Assembly (NCBI RefSeq): GCF_963921235.1
Contig: NC_086118.1
Location: 15,998,001-16,058,000 of the forward strand
DNA length: 60,000 nt
Origin: Mobula hypostoma
Lineage: Eukaryota
Direction of reading: 5' to 3'
Below are positions 1-14,072 of the stretch, piece after piece. The stretch's first letter is position 1, and every line of letters starts with the position of its first letter. Made by a program: the position numbers and the translations under genes. The notes below the pieces were generated by a model. That model worked only from the letters and a program-made list of their open reading frames with translations, was not told where the DNA came from and searched no databases.

Positions 1-950
1 GCCCCTCGTTCTGGACTTCCCCAACATCGGGAACAATCTTCCTGCATCTAGCCTGTCCAATCCCTTTAGGATCTTATACGTTTCAATCAGATCCCCCCTC
101 AATCTTCTAAATTCCAACGAGTACAAGCCTAGTTCATCCAGTCTTTCTTCATATGAAAGTCCTGCCATCCCAGGAATCAATCTGGTGAACCTTCTTTGTA
201 CTCCCTCTATGGCAAGGATGTCTTTCCTCAGATTAGGGGACCAAAACTGCACACAATACTCCAGGTGTGGTCTCACCAAGGCCTTGTACAACTGCAGTAG
301 TACCTCCCTGCTCCTGTACTCGAATCCTCTCGCTATAAATGCCAGCATACCATTCGCCTTTTTCACCGCCTGCTGTACCTGCATGCCCACTTTCAATGAC
401 TGGTGTATAATGACACCCAGGTCTCGTTGCACCTCCCCTTTTCCTAATTGTCCACCATTCAGATAATAATCTGTTTTCCTATTTTTGCCACCAAAGTGGA
501 TAACTTCAGATTTATCCACATTAAATTGCATCTGCCATGAATTTGCCCACTCACCCAACCTATCCAAGTCACCCTGCATCCTCTTAGCATCCTCCTCACA
601 GCTAACACTGCCACCCAGTTTCGTGTCATCCGCAAACTTGGAGATGCTGCATTTAATTCCCTCATCCAAGTCATTAATATATATTGTAAACAACTGGGGA
701 CCCAGCACTGAGCCTTGCCGTACCCTGCTAGTCACCGCCTGCCATTCTGAAAAGGTCCCGTTTATTCCCACTCTTTGCTTCCTGTCTGCTAACCAATTCT
801 CCACCCACACCAATACCTTACCCCCAATACCGTGTTGCTTTAAGTTTGCACACTAATCTCCTGTGTGGGACCTTGTCAAAAGCCTTTTGAAAATCCAAAT
901 AAACCACATCCACTGGTTCTCCCCTAACATCCACGGGTTCTCCCCTAACA
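1..950 (-). mobile_element. Young CR1 LINE, 5'-truncated RT portion (continues past window start)
   Basis: Near-identical to 31532-32440; encodes DVVYLDFQKAFDKVPH and SKFADDTKL; 21-bp tandem duplication at the 5' junction. Confidence 0.95.
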
Positions 951-1370
951 TTTGAAATAGTAACACTGAGGAATTCAAAGCTGCTGATCCTCTCCAACTC
1001 TGATGCTCGGAAGAGCACTGTCTCATGGACCACTGGTTTCCCTCTCCTGAAGTCTATAATCAGTAACTTGGTATTGCGGACATTAAGTTAGGGGGTGTTG
1101 TTGTGACACCACACAGGAAGATTTTCAATCCACCTCCTATATGCTGATTCAGCCCACGACAGTGGTGACATCAGCAAATTTGAATGTGGTATTGGAGCCG
1201 TGCTTAGCTACACATTCAAATTGTAAAGCGAGTACAGCAGGGGGCTAAGCACACAGCCTTGTGGTGCAACTGTGTTGATGGAGATCATGGAGGTATTGTT
1301 GCCAATCTGAACTGATTGGGTTCTACATGTGAGAAAATCCAGAATCCAATGGCAGAAGGAGGTATTGATG
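950..1370 (-). mobile_element. Degenerate Rex1/Babar-type LINE RT fragment
   Basis: Minus-strand [19 protein letters not shown] and ISSFEFLSVTIS motifs typical of Rex1. Confidence 0.7.
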
Positions 1371-1379
1371 CCTATACGT

Positions 1380-3797
1380 TTCCATTATAGTCAGTACCTA
1401 TCCGTATTTATAGCCACCCACGTGGCACTCCAGTAGTTCAGCTTACCATATCATTGTTGAGGGGTATACTCCCCGCCCACCGACCCCTCCCACTCCCGTG
1501 GGTGGAGAAACCTATACTGTGGTCCTTCCCCACCGGGCCCTTGCGGTGGCTGCACCGAGTTTCAGTGCGTCCCTCAGCACGTACTCCTGCAGCCGAGATT
1601 GTGCCAGTTGACAGCATTCTCCCACAGACATCTCCATGTGCTGGTAGATCATCAAGTTTCGGGCCGACCAAAGAGCACCTTTCACTGAGTTGATGATCTG
1701 CCAGCAGCGCCGGATGTTGGTCTCCGTGTGCGTCCCCGGGAACAGCCCGTAGATCAGAGAGTCCTCTGTTACGCAGCTACTGGGGATAAAACGTGACACT
1801 AGCCCATCCATCCTCCTCCACACCCTCTTTGCGAACTGGCAGTGTGCAAAGAGGTGGGTCACAGACTCCTCCTCACTGCAGTCCTCCCGTGGGCAGTGGG
1901 GTGCAGAGATGACGTTCCGGGCATACAGGAGGGCTCTGACTGGGAGGGCCCCTCTCACCGCCAGCCAGGCGAGGTCTCGGTGCCTGTTGGTGAGATCTGG
2001 CGATGAGGCATTTTGCCAGATGAACTGGACAGTCTGCTCAGGGAACCACCCCACTGTGTCCATCACGTCCTTCTCCTGCAGTGCCTGCAGGACACTACAT
2101 GCCGACCACTGCCTGATGGCCTTGTGGTCAAAGGCGTTCTCCTGGAAGAACTTTGCTACATAGGACAGGTATGCTGGCAATGACCAGCTGACTGGGGCAT
2201 TGCGCGGGAGTGGGGCCAGACCCATCCTTCGTAGCCAGGGCGACAGGTAGAACCTGGGCACATAGTGGTACTTGGTGCCCACATACCTGGGTTCTACACA
2301 CAACCTGATGCAGCCACATACGAAGCTGGCCATCATGGTGAGGGCGACATTGGGGATGTTCTTGCCCCCGTTGTCCAGGGACTTGTGCATGGCGGTCCGT
2401 CTCACCTGCTCCATCTTGGATCCCCAGACGAATCTGAAGACAGCCCGGGTGATTTCCGAGCTGTAGGAGCGGGGGACGGGCCAGACCTGCGCCAAGTACA
2501 GCAGCCCTGAGAGCACCTCACACCTGATGACCAGGTTCCTGCCCGTTATCAACAGGGAGCGCCCTCCCCACAGTCCCAGTTTCTGTTTCACCTTGGCAGT
2601 CTGCTCCTGCCAGTTCTTGTTGGACACCTCGGCCCCTCCGAACCAGATTCCCAACACCTTCACGTGGTCAGACCTGATGGTGAAGGGGACGCTGGATCGG
2701 TCAGGCCAGTTGCCGAAGAGCATGGCTTCGCTCTTCGTGCGGTTGACCCTGGCCCCCGACGCTAGCTCGAACTGTTCGTAGGTGCCAATCAACCTGCGAA
2801 CTGATCTCGGATCAGAGCAGAAGATGGTGACGTCGTCCATGTACAGGGAGGTTTTCACTTGGGTCCCTCCACTGCCTGGCAACGTCACCCCTCTTATGCC
2901 CTCATCCCTCCTGATGGCTTCCGCAAAGGGTTCTATGCAGCAGACAAACAAGACTGGAGAGGGGACAGTCCTGCCTGACTCCCGACCTGATGGGGAAGCT
3001 GTCTGTTTCCCACCCGTTGACCTGGACTGCACTATGGATGTCTATGTAGAGCAGTCTAATCCAATTCCGGATTCCCTCCCCAAATCCCATTTTGGAGAGC
3101 ACGTCCGCCATGTACGTGTGCGATATCCTGTCGAAGGCTTTCTCCTGGTCCAAGCTGACCAGGCAGGCGTCCACTCTGCTGTCCTGCACGTAGGCGATGG
3201 TGTCCCTCAGCAGCGCGAGGCTGTCTGAGATCTTCCAGCCCGGTACAGCACAGGTTTGGTCCAGGTGGATCACCTGTCCTAGAGCAGACTTGACCCTGTT
3301 GGCGATCGCCTTGGACAGGATCTTGTAATCCACATTCAGGAGAGAGATGGGTCTCCAATTGCTAATGTCCTCCCTTTCCCCCTTCTGCTTGTAGATGAGG
3401 GTGATGATGCCCTTCCTCATGGACTCAGACATACTGCCGGCCAGAAGCATAGCGTTGTACACTTCCAGCAGGTCTGGGCCCATCCAGTTCCACAGAGCCG
3501 AGTACAACTCAGCCGGTAAGCCATCGCTTCCGGGAGTCTTACCCGACCCAAAGGAACGGATGGAGCCTGTCAGCTCGTCCAGGGTCAGTGGCTGATCCAG
3601 ACTCTCCCGCTTGCCGTCGTCTAAGACCTGCATGATAGACGACAGGAAGTTGCGGGAGGCTGTGGATTCTGTGGCCTTTTCGTCGTACAGACCGGCATAG
3701 AAGGACTTGCAGATTCTCAGTATGTCTGTCTGCGAGGACGCGGCTGAGCCATACTCTTCCTTAAGGTTGTGGATCACAGAGCTCCCCCTGTGCACCT
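1380..3797 (-). mobile_element. Tx1-clade LINE, 5'-truncated ORF2 (RT plus C-terminal CCHC), one frameshift near 2950
   Basis: ORFs 2902-3795 and 1512-3032: GKTPGSDGLPAELY, NWRPISLLNVDYKILSK, LDQEKAFDR, SLYMDD, CPREDC..ESVTHLFAHC; GC-rich with few disruptions. Confidence 0.9.
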
Positions 3798-5104
3798 AGA
3801 GCTCCCCCTGTGAGCTTTTCTTCTCCTAGACGAGCTACCAAGCTTCATCTGCCTGAAGCGACTGGTTTTAAGCAGCCAGTAACTCACCTTTGTCCCATCT
3901 CCCTAAGTTTGTCATAGCCAGCAGACATAGTGGGGTTAAGCTCCCACTACCTATTGAGTGCTCCCAATGGAGCGCACCTCAAAAAACCTCTGACAACCAA
4001 GTCCAGCTCCTGGGCTTCATGTGTGGCTTAGCTACTAACCCCGGCAGTAGGTTAATTGGCCACCGTAAATTGCCCCTGGTTGTGTGGGTGAGTGATAGAA
4101 TCGGAACAGAAATGATGAGAAAAAAATGGGTTTAATGTACAAACGTTTGTAGAATTATGTAAATGCATGTATGATGGTCAGCTTGGACTTGATAGGCCAA
4201 AGGGCCTGTTCTCATGATCTATTTCTCCCTGAAACTAACCAATGCAGTACACCCTCATGGGCGGGTGACCTGGATGGCAGGCAATTCAGCACAACCAGGA
4301 AATTCTGGGCCAACGTGATCACAAATAATAAGATTGTTCCTGCTGTTTTAGAGGTAAATATAGCCAAACCTCACTCAACAAAAGCTAAGAGGCTGCAATG
4401 AGATAAATGTTCAGTTAAACTGTTTTTTTGTGTGTTTGACGATAAATGCAATTTGGCCAATGATACCAACCCCAAGTCTCTTTAACCCACCACTCTTGCT
4501 AGACCCAGTACCTCATACAGCAATCATGGAACCAAGCTCATACACAACAAATTGCTCTGATCTGGAATACAAAGTCAGAAGATCTTCAGTAATGGCTTTC
4601 AAAGGGAATTGGAATTAACATTTGGTTGGTGAAAATGTAGCTGTATTCTGGGGAAACAAAGGAAGTGTATGAACTAGAACATCACTCAAAAAAAATTCAT
4701 CCCAGGCACAAAAGCACCCGCCCGCCCCCCATGCTAAATCATAGTTAGCAGGGACTGTGCAATGAAAAATGACACTAATGCACCAGATTCTTGGCCATTG
4801 ATCAGGGCTACCACTCTTCACTTGCTGTTGAAATTGTGGCATGCTTTACATCAGTAATTTAGTTATCTGGTTCAGTGCCATGTAGAACACAAGATGATAT
4901 TGGAGTTTTAATTAAATAAACCAAGTAAAATCAATTTATAAGTGAAATATTAGCACTGGATATTGTATTATAGATTCCTCCTCATCAATGTAAAATACTT
5001 CCCATGCATAATAATAAATCATCACAATAATGAGTTACTTGCCTTTTCCTTCTGTATCCTTAGCATATTTGGATTCAGGTTCAGATTTATTTATCACATA
5101 TGAG

Positions 5105-5615
5105 TGAGACCTCCATTGGTCAGGGTCGACTGTGGATGTTATGTCCTAGCTGTCTGGATACGCAAGCCTGGCCAGTACAATATGGAGAGCAAGCTGTTGC
5201 CCATGTAGCAAATTCCCCCTCCCCGGGTATCTGATAAACCCAAAGGAACGGCAGAGACTAGTACAGTTTGGCACCTAAAGTGTTGTAGAAGTTGCCGGTC
5301 AGTGTTGAACTCAACGTAGGACTTTCCTTGGAGTTTATCTCCTGAAGCCTTCCCCATGAGTGGGTATAGCTGCAAACCAAAAGAGGTTCAAGATCAGAGT
5401 TTTCCTTCTCCTGGATGAGCTGCCTATCATGGTTGATGCCCGCTATCTGCCCGAAGCGATCAGTTTTAAGGCACCTGTAACTTGCCTTTGACCATTCTCC
5501 TGTCAGTATAAACAGTTCCACCGGGATTAGTAGCTAAGGAGCTGGACTTGGTTGTCAGAGGCTATTTGAGGTGCACACCATTGAGAGCACTTACAGGTAG
5601 TGGGAGCTTATCCCC
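5105..5615 (-). mobile_element. Non-autonomous RTE-derived element (related partial copies at ~3813-4050 and ~18110-18380)
   Basis: Minus strand carries ggcagctcatccaggagaaggaaaactctg, resembling the conserved RTE 5'UTR motif; no ORF; sequence blocks shared with the two other loci. Confidence 0.55.
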
Positions 5616-7319
5616 TTACATGTACATTGAAACATAGTGAAATAACAGCCAACAAGGTTATTTTGAGGGTAGTCTGTGAGTGTCGCCGCACAATTCAGTG
5701 CCAACATACTATGCATAAAATACTCAGTACAACAACACTGAACACAAGAAGCAACAAAACAGCAAGAGCAAAAAAAGCCCCTTTCCTCCCTCCCACCCAC
5801 CCACACGTGAGCAGTGCAACCCCAGGCCTCCAGTCTCCAGGCTATGGCCATGGGGCTTCAACTTCCAGACTTCAAATCGACCTTCAATATCAACTCCCGG
5901 ACTAATCAATGACCCCAGTCTCCAGGCTCGAACTGTGTGTGCACCAATCCACCAGCACTCATGCCTTCTTCTCAGACTGATATCTGATCCCAGGACCCAG
6001 ATTTGTCACCAAAGTAAACAGTTGTCTGGTTGGAATATGATATGAATATTTTTTTCTGATTACTGTTCTTGGTTAATTCATGTTTACTAAGCACTTAAAT
6101 AAGTTAGTTGTTAGAAACAACTAAAGTGTCTTCCTCCATTGCTTTAGCTATTTTCTGATATTGTTTGAAATTAATTGGTCAAAGGTGGATGTAAGTGATT
6201 TCATTTAGTGAAAATGTAACAAATGCCAGCTTATTCAGTGTAGCATTTCTCACAGGGTGGACTCATGGTAAAAGACAGAGCTGAGCAGTGGATATGGGAA
6301 TCTGCAACAGTTGGTAGACACATTAACATTCATCGTGCAGCTGAGATACTCAAGCAAGTGGCTGAAATTTCCTTGCAGCTTTTGGTCTGTCAGGGTAATT
6401 CAATCTGCTTTCCTTTTAAATATGACAAGAAGAATAGTGCTGAAAATGGCTTAATCAAAATGCTTCTAGTGATCATGAGCTCTTTATTTGGCCTTCTAAA
6501 CGATGCAGAAAATTTAAGTCTAAGGCATGTAGAACTTTACTGCATACTTTGGTTGTACATATCTTCAAAACAAGTCTGATATTGTGGATTAGACGGACAC
6601 CTTTAATCTTTTTTCACCAATAAATGTAATGATTTTGGTGATCATCGTTCAGAATTGTTGGATGTAATGACAATGGAGTGGCAATATTCTCTGCTACTCT
6701 TGAGCAAAACTAACGTCGGCCAACGTCAGCACTTGCGCAGTTAAATATGGAAATATTGGTTGATATTACTGAGTCACTTGTATCTGCTCCTTGACAGGAT
6801 GCATTATTATCACAGGGTTTGCAGATGCAGTCAACACCTAATCAATGATTTGGTGTGAACTTTACAAGCAACATTGGAGCCCACTAAAATATTAAATCTT
6901 GTTGACTGAGATAATAACTGGCTTTTATGTGTATGACAACATAATTATTACTGAACGTCCTGTCCTTAATAAATTAGCTGCATGTCATAGGCTCAAAGAG
7001 TAAGTAATTACATTTAATACATGCATTCATTATCAATTATCAGTTAATTGGTTCTTTGGGTTTATTGCTCTGTGGCTGCCTGTAAGCAAGCAAATCTCAA
7101 GGTGTATAATTCATACATTCTTTGATAATAAATCTACTTTGATATTGATGTTGATACATGCGAGATATATTCTGTAGAAGTCTAGAATAATGGATCAGAT
7201 GGACTTTCGGTGTTGTTTTGCTCTCTCTGTTCCAGCATTAAAATTACCTAGAATGTTAAAGTAAGCCAATGTTTTGTTAAAACTATTTCTAATGACTTTT
7301 ATTTATAATGTGATACATC

Positions 7320-7530
7320 ATCAAGTAGGCCCTCCAGCCTTTCGTGCCACGAGCCCCAGCAAACCCCGACAAAACTGATTAACCCTAACCTAGTCACTGG
7401 TCAATTTAGAATGAGCAATTAACCCACTCGGTACGACTTTGAACTGTGGGAGGAAACTGGAGTAGCTGGGAAAACCCACGTATCCACCGAGAGGACATAC
7501 AGACTCCTCATAGGCGGTGCTGGAATTGAA
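7320..7530 (-). mobile_element. HE1/V-type SINE, degenerate
   Basis: Reverse complement of the V-domain body (gtgggtttt..ccagtttcctcccacag) also seen in the + strand copies. Confidence 0.6.
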
Positions 7531-7989
7531 CTTCCAACTTCGATTTCAAACTTTTACCCTTCTGCCTTAATCACAACCAATAATCACTTTCTGAAAAAAC
7601 AAATTAAACATGGATTATCCATGCAGTTCATATTGCTGTGGGCCTTCTTGCTCGTAATTTAGGTCTGTGGTCACTCGAATGTTTGAAATACCTTCTTATG
7701 AATCAGAGATATTTCAGTACTATTCAAATAAGTTATTGCTTTCACAGCTGGCTATGCTCTGTGCCCAGTTTTACTGAGTGTGAAAGCTTTGCTGGAAAGG
7801 TCCAGGTGGAATCTCAGCACGGTAGAGCCTAATTACCATTTGTGCCACCTCAGTGGACCCAAGGGTGCAGTGGGACCACAAAAGAGGCCGTTCACCTCCA
7901 GCCCAGGTAAGTGTGACATGTGGTCACCAATTCTAGGCAGAGGGCTCAGTCCAGCTCCTTGGTACCGTGGATTTGTTTTAAATTATGGG

Positions 7990-8773
7990 TGTTGCACTTC
8001 AATGAACAAGCAGACCTCAGATAGCTGGGATGTACAACTGCTCCTCCCTCCCCATCATCCTCAACACGGGTGTCCACCAGAGCTGCGTGCCGAGCCCGTT
8101 GCTGTACACTCTGCTCACACATGCCTGCACCCAAGCAATCACGGCGTCAAGTTCTCTGATGACATGACAGTGGTGGAGCTCATTGTCAACAACAACGAGA
8201 TGGCCTACAGGGAAGCGATAGAAGAGCTCGAGGCTGGGTGGGTGCCAGGCAAAAAACCTCTTCCTTAAAGTCAATAAGACAAAGGAGATGGTTATCGACT
8301 TCAGAACTCACATCATTCACACCCCTCTTTGCATCAGCAGAACAGTTATGGAAACTACAAGCAGTTTCAAACTCCAGGGAGTAGCCCCTTATGGACCCAA
8401 AACATACCCTACATAGTCAAGAGAGCTCACCAATGCCTCTTCATTCTGACGAGACTGAAGAGGGCTGGCCTTTGCACATCCATGCTCACATCATTCTACA
8501 GATATGCAGTTGAGTTCAGCCTGACAAGCTTTGTCACTGCTTGGTAGAGTAACTGCACTGCACTGGACAGGAAGGCTCTACAATGGGTAGTCCAAACTGC
8601 CCAATGCATCTCTGGCACCAGCCTACCCTGCATTAAGAACATCTATACAGAAAGATGCTGGGAAAGGGCTGGTAATATCATAAAGGATCCCAACTACCCT
8701 GCTCATTGTCTGTTTGTCCCATTCCCATCAGAGAGGAAGCTATGTAGCATCCACATCCACACTCAAAAACAGT
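7990..8773 (+). mobile_element. Rex1/Babar LINE 3' fragment, interrupted by Tc1
   Basis: VKFSDDMTVVELIVNNNEMAYRE, KTKEMVIDF and AHQCLFILTRLKR motifs. Confidence 0.8.
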
Positions 8774-8775
8774 TA

Positions 8776-9995
8776 CAGTGACTATAAAAGGTATTCACCC
8801 CCCCCCCCCCGGGTGTTTTATCATGTTTTATTGTTTTACAATATTGAATCACAGTGGATTAAATTTGGCTTTTTTGACATTGATCAACAGGAAATGACTC
8901 TTTTGTGTCAAAATGAAAACAGATATCTATGAAGTGATCTAAATTAATTACAAAATATAAAGCACAAAATCATTAATTGCATAAGTATTCCCCCCCACCC
9001 TTAATATGACACGCCAAGTCGTCACTGGTGTAGCCAGTTGGTTTTAGGAGTCACATAATTAGTAAAATGGAGATCTGTTTTTGGAGAACTGTGTACAGTC
9101 AAGGTGTTTCAATTGACTATGATAGAAATACACCTGTATCTGGAAGGTCCAGCTGCTGGTGAGTCAGTATCCTGGCAAAAACTACACCGTGGAGACAAAA
9201 GAACACCCCAAGCAACGCTGCAAAAAGGTTATTGAAAAACACAAGTCAGGAGATGGATACAAGAAAATTTCTAAATATCCCTTGGAGCACAGTTAAGTCA
9301 ATCATCATGAAATGGAAAGAATATGGCACAGCTGTAAATCTGCCTCGAGCAGGCCGTCCCCAAAAACTGAGTGGCCGTGCAAGAAGGGGACTAGTGAGGG
9401 AGGCCACCAAGAGACCTCTGACAATTCTGAAGGAATTACAAGCTTCAGTGGCTGAGATGGGAGAGGCTGCATACAACAGCTTTTGCCCAGGTGCTTCACG
9501 AGTCACAGCTTTATGGGAGAGTAGCAAAGAGTAAGCCACTGTTGGAAAGAAAACCCACATGCAATCTCAGCAAGAGTTTGTCAGAAGGCACGTGTAGACT
9601 CTGATGTCAGCTGGAAGAAGGTTTTGTGGTCTGATGAAACCAAAATTGAGCTGCTTGGCTATCAGACTAAACACTATGTTTGGCATAAGCCAAAATAGGC
9701 ACATCATCAAAAACACACCACCCCTACTGTGTAGCATGGTGGTGGCTGCATCATGCTGTGGGGATGCTTCACTGCAGCAGGCCCTGGAAGGCTTGTGAAG
9801 GTAGAGGGTAAAATGAATGCAGCAAAGCACAGGAAAATCCTGGAGGAAAACCTGATGCAATCTGCAAGAGAACTGTGACTTGCAAGATTTGTTTTCTATC
9901 AAGACAATGACCCCAAGCATAAAGCCAAAGCTACACAGGAGTGTCTTAAAAACAACAAAGTTAACGTTCTGGAGTGGCCAAGTCAGAGTCAAAGT
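8776..9995 (+). mobile_element. Tc1-like DNA transposon, 3'-truncated, transposase pseudogene
   Basis: TA|CAGTG left end; LNIPWSTVKSII, GRPQKLS, WSDETKIE, HGGG.IMLWGCF, QDNDPKH and VLEWPSQS motifs with stops and frameshifts; second left-end fragment at 14201-14380. Confidence 0.9.
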
Positions 9996-10352
9996 CAAAT
10001 AAAGCTGTGCAAGAGCTCTGGAAATAGTGGTTCTTGAGCATTTCAGGATGTGGCTGAGACCTGGACTTCTTTTGTCTTTGCTAAGAGCAAATTATCAAAT
10101 AACTTTCTGCAGTTGTTCATACAAACACTGATTGACTGAAATAATTTGCACCTTGCAATGTCTGAATGTCAGACATAGAGGTCAGAAATTCATTTTCACA
10201 GTTCACTTTTACAGACAAATGCCAATGGTGCATCAATTTTGTACATGAAATGAGTAGTGTGGGTTGGAAGCAAGTACAAGTAAAATAAAGAGAAACATGA
10301 TAAAAATTTCTGCTTTATTTTAAAAATTAAATGAACTGAAGCTTATAACATA

Positions 10353-11308
10353 CCCTCAGTGGCCACTTTATTGGTACCTCCTGTAACTAATAATATGAGC
10401 ACTGAGTGTATATTTGTGGTCTTCTGCTGCTTTAGACCATCCAAATCAAAGTTCAATGTTTTGTGCATTCAGAAATGCTGTTCTGCATGCTATTGTTGTC
10501 AAACGTGGTTACTTGAGTTACTATCACCTTCCTGTCAGCTTGAACTAGTCTGGTCATTCTCCTCTGACCTCCCTCATTATCAAGATTTTTTTGCCCACCG
10601 AACAGACGGGTCACTAGATGTTTTTGTTTGTTTTTTGGCACTATTCTCTGTAAACTCTCGAGACTGTTGTGCATGAAATTAGCAGGGGATCAGCAGTTTC
10701 TGAGCTCCTCAAACCATCCTGTCTGGTGTCAACAATCATTTCACAGTGAAAGTCACTTAGATCATATTTCTTCCCCATTTTGATGTTTGGTCTGAAAAGC
10801 AACCGAACCTCTTGCTCTTATGAATTGAGTTGCTGCCACATGATTGGCTGATTAGATATTTGGGACCTGGAGATCTTTTATTCAATATTTTCATTTAATG
10901 TAATATATACCCTTCTTGTTTTTTTTTACTGTTTTTAATGGAGGATTGAGGACGTGATTTTAAGTTTTTTAACTCTGTTTGGTTTAAAGTTAGCCCATTG
11001 CTTTGCTTTGCTTTGCTTTTAGTTAGTTGCACGGTGGTTTTTTTTGGGGGGGGTTTCCTTTTCTCTATTGATATATATATAAAAATTAGTATACTATTAT
11101 GTTACCTTGGTACGTTATGTTTAAATTACATTGTTTGTATCTTTTTTTTGTATTAATATCTCCTGTAATTTTATTATATTCTAACAGTGTATTAGTGCCT
11201 ATATGGCTTACCTTTTTGTATACTTATTCAATAAAAAGATTTAAAAAGAAAGATATTTGCATTTTCGAGCAGGTGTACAGGTGTACCTAATGAAGTTGCC
11301 ACTGAGTA
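10353..11308. mobile_element. Tc1-family non-autonomous element with TIRs and TA TSD, containing a nested insertion
   Basis: Left TA|ccctcagtggccactttattggtac and right gtacctaatgaagttgccactgagta|TA are inverted repeats; a right-end fragment recurs at ~18945-19010. Confidence 0.75.
10863..11250 (+). mobile_element. Retroposed LINE (L1/Tx1-like) 3'UTR fragment with A-rich tail
   Basis: AATAAA plus A-rich end; flanked by 9-bp TSD agatatttg (10854-10862 and 11251-11259). Confidence 0.75.
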
Positions 11309-12359
11309 TACTTTCAAATGCTTAAACCATTAAACAGCAAAACTATTAAAATTTAACCTCTTGTGCTTATTGCCCAGAGTCCTACAATTCCCAGTGAAAT
11401 CCAAGGGATTGTAGTTCTTGCAATGATTCCCTAGTATAAATGCTGAGGAAACTCAGAAACATAGAGATCGACCACAGGGAGTCCAAAATGTGCCAGATTT
11501 TAAAAGGCAGGAACATGCATGCCTTGCTTCCTGCTATGGTGTGATTTCTGCAAGTGGTTGTTCTCAAAGGGAACCACTTGCTGAAGTAATGAATTTGAAT
11601 TAGACTGTCTTCTTTAGTTACAGCAAGTTATTAGATAACTTTACAGAGCAATGTTGTCAAGTACGTAGTACACGCTTATTGATTCCTCTAATGGCACATA
11701 TCACATATCGTCAACCAAAAACACTGCCAACTACTGTTAAGCTCAAAATATCTGACCACGTGTGTAGAGGACCCAGTCTTTCTGGTTATTTATATTGTTT
11801 GGGGACTTTATAATATTCAAGTTTTCTCTAAATGGACCTGTTCCCAATTAGTCAATATGTTTAGTCCAACTCTGTAAAACGAAGTTCTTGAGTTATGTAA
11901 CGTGGAGAAGATTTCTTGTCACCCAATGAGTTTCCAATCCATATGGTGTTGATGTTGCAGCATACCGATTACATATTACATGAAGGTCCAAGTGATGAGT
12001 AAAAAATTGCTAGTTATTGCTGAGTTAGCAATGATTTTGCCCTGTGCTACCTTACAATTCCCATCTCAAGAGTTCACCAATAGAATGAGAGGCCTTTGTT
12101 CATCTGAGCCCGGCGAGCAGTCAATTTATGGGGCTCTGCTCACCGCAAACTTCTGTCCATTGTTGAACAAGCACTTCACATCTGTGAAGTGATGGTGTAT
12201 AGGAGAGAGGACCAGATGAATGTTATTACCTGTCCCTTTGCTTTCTGACAGGGAGGAATGCTTCATTCGATTGAGAAGCATTGGAAACTTCTGAAAGTTA
12301 GTAAGTGCAGATTGTTTTGAGTTACTTTGCTTTATTTTAATGTTATCTTTTATGTACAT

Positions 12360-12830
12360 TTAAAGTCTTTATTGGAAATCATTTGGAAAATGTATAGCTT
12401 GGGTGTTTGATGGTTGGGTTGAGTTGTACTCCAAACTTGGCAATTTACTTGCAAATGTTTCATCACCATATGAGAAGACATGATCAGCACTCTGTTAATT
12501 GTGGTGTCCTCCAAATGCTTGGCCTTTATATACTTACCAATCAGCTGATTGGTCATCATTACAGAAACCCAATTGTAATGTCGGGAGGGAATCTCGTCGC
12601 TGATTGATTGCTTGGCAACCTTTGTGCACTGTGGACTGGAATTTTGCCCATACTGCCTCACAAATAGGATCAAGGTCTACATATCTGTTTACAGCATTGT
12701 TTGTGGAAAACCATGCTACTAGGAATTCTCTTGCATGCTGTGTGTTCGCTTGCACCATGACTTTCACTGATGTCCAGCTGAAAGCCATTATAATTTTCAA
12801 AAATAACTTTTAGAAGCTATTGAGATCTAA
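12360..12830 (-). mobile_element. Penelope-like element 3' fragment (C-terminus plus hammerhead-like motif)
   Basis: QANTQHAREFLVAWFS..AVNRYVDLDPI resembles the Penelope endonuclease C-terminus; degenerate CTGATCA...GAAACATT at 12487-12454. Confidence 0.6.
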
Positions 12831-13689
12831 TGGAATGGCCTTGGCTTGTCTCGATGATCAGGGATATTTCAAAACAAGTTCCAGCTGCTGGAAAATTGTC
12901 AAAGGCAGGTAAGAGTCTTAACCCCTTTGGACCTGAGGCTTGTCATATTACTGAAGAGTGACGGCAACAGATAATGATCAGACTAATATTCATGGGGCCA
13001 GTCTGCCTGGCCCACAAGGTTGCAGTCAACAGCCAGCTGATGGGCTCAGCCTAGAAAAGAAGAAGAAGTAGAAGACATGCTTAGAGCTGGCATTTTGTTT
13101 CAGGCAGATCAGGTAAGCAGAGAACCCTCTGGAGGTGACATCATGCAGACTGTGCATTAGTACATTTTGTAGAGTGGGAGGCAGCCTATAATCAAATGCC
13201 ACTTTTGGACTTGCAGGGATAACCAAACAAGTTATCATACAACCATGTACAAACAGATTAACTGTTTGCAAAACTTCCCTTAATAATAAGCAGCAGCACT
13301 CTGTGGATCATTCTTAGTGAGGTACTAACATGAACCAGGCAATTAATTGGATGCATGTACTGCAACAGAGAACTCTGTTCTATCAGAACAAAAAAAACTT
13401 TGATCCAATAAAACTTCTTCTCTCATCAGGAAATTAAGCAAAGTTCTCTACAGGTATCAAGACTGAAGAATGTTCCATGCTTTTTGAATGTAATTTCAGA
13501 TACACTGAAGAAACTTCAAGATTCAAGATTATTTCCTGCACCCAACTGTAAAAGAGAACAAAATAATTGTTATTCCAAATCTAATGCAGCACAAATATCC
13601 CCACAAAAAATAAAGAACACAATAATAATAAAAAAGCACAATACATATAAATATATAATTCAGGATATTGCACTGAAGTGCACTGAGAG

Positions 13690-14072
13690 CGGTAAGCATA
13701 AAGGAGTTGGGGGCTTGCTGTTCTGGTTAACAACAGATGGTGCAATCCTGGTCATATTATGATCGAGGAACGTGATTGTAGACCAGATATTGAACTTCTT
13801 GCTGTTGGACTCCGGCCATATTCCACCGAGATACAACACTGGGCGGCACGGGAGGTTGTTCCTGCCTCTGGCCATCGAACTTTGCAGCTCCTCCCGTGGA
13901 GGGTCAGACACCCTGAGCCAAAAGGCTGGTCCTGGACTTATTTCCATCCGGCATATTGTTGTTTAATTGTTTGTGGTTTTTGTATTGCTATATTTATGCT
14001 CTATTCTTGGTTGGTGCGGCTGTAACAAAACCCAATTTCCCTCAGGATCAATAAAGCATATCTATCTATCTA
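13690..14072 (+). mobile_element. Rex1-like LINE 3' end with (atct)n tail
   Basis: LLLDSG...GRLFLPLAIEL C-terminal motif, followed by aataaa and a tatctatctatc tail. Confidence 0.6.

Noticed and set aside
12900..13120. Plus-strand consensus splice donors (caggtaag at ~12906 and ~13110)
   Set aside because: No matching coding exon or other gene evidence; such motifs arise by chance.
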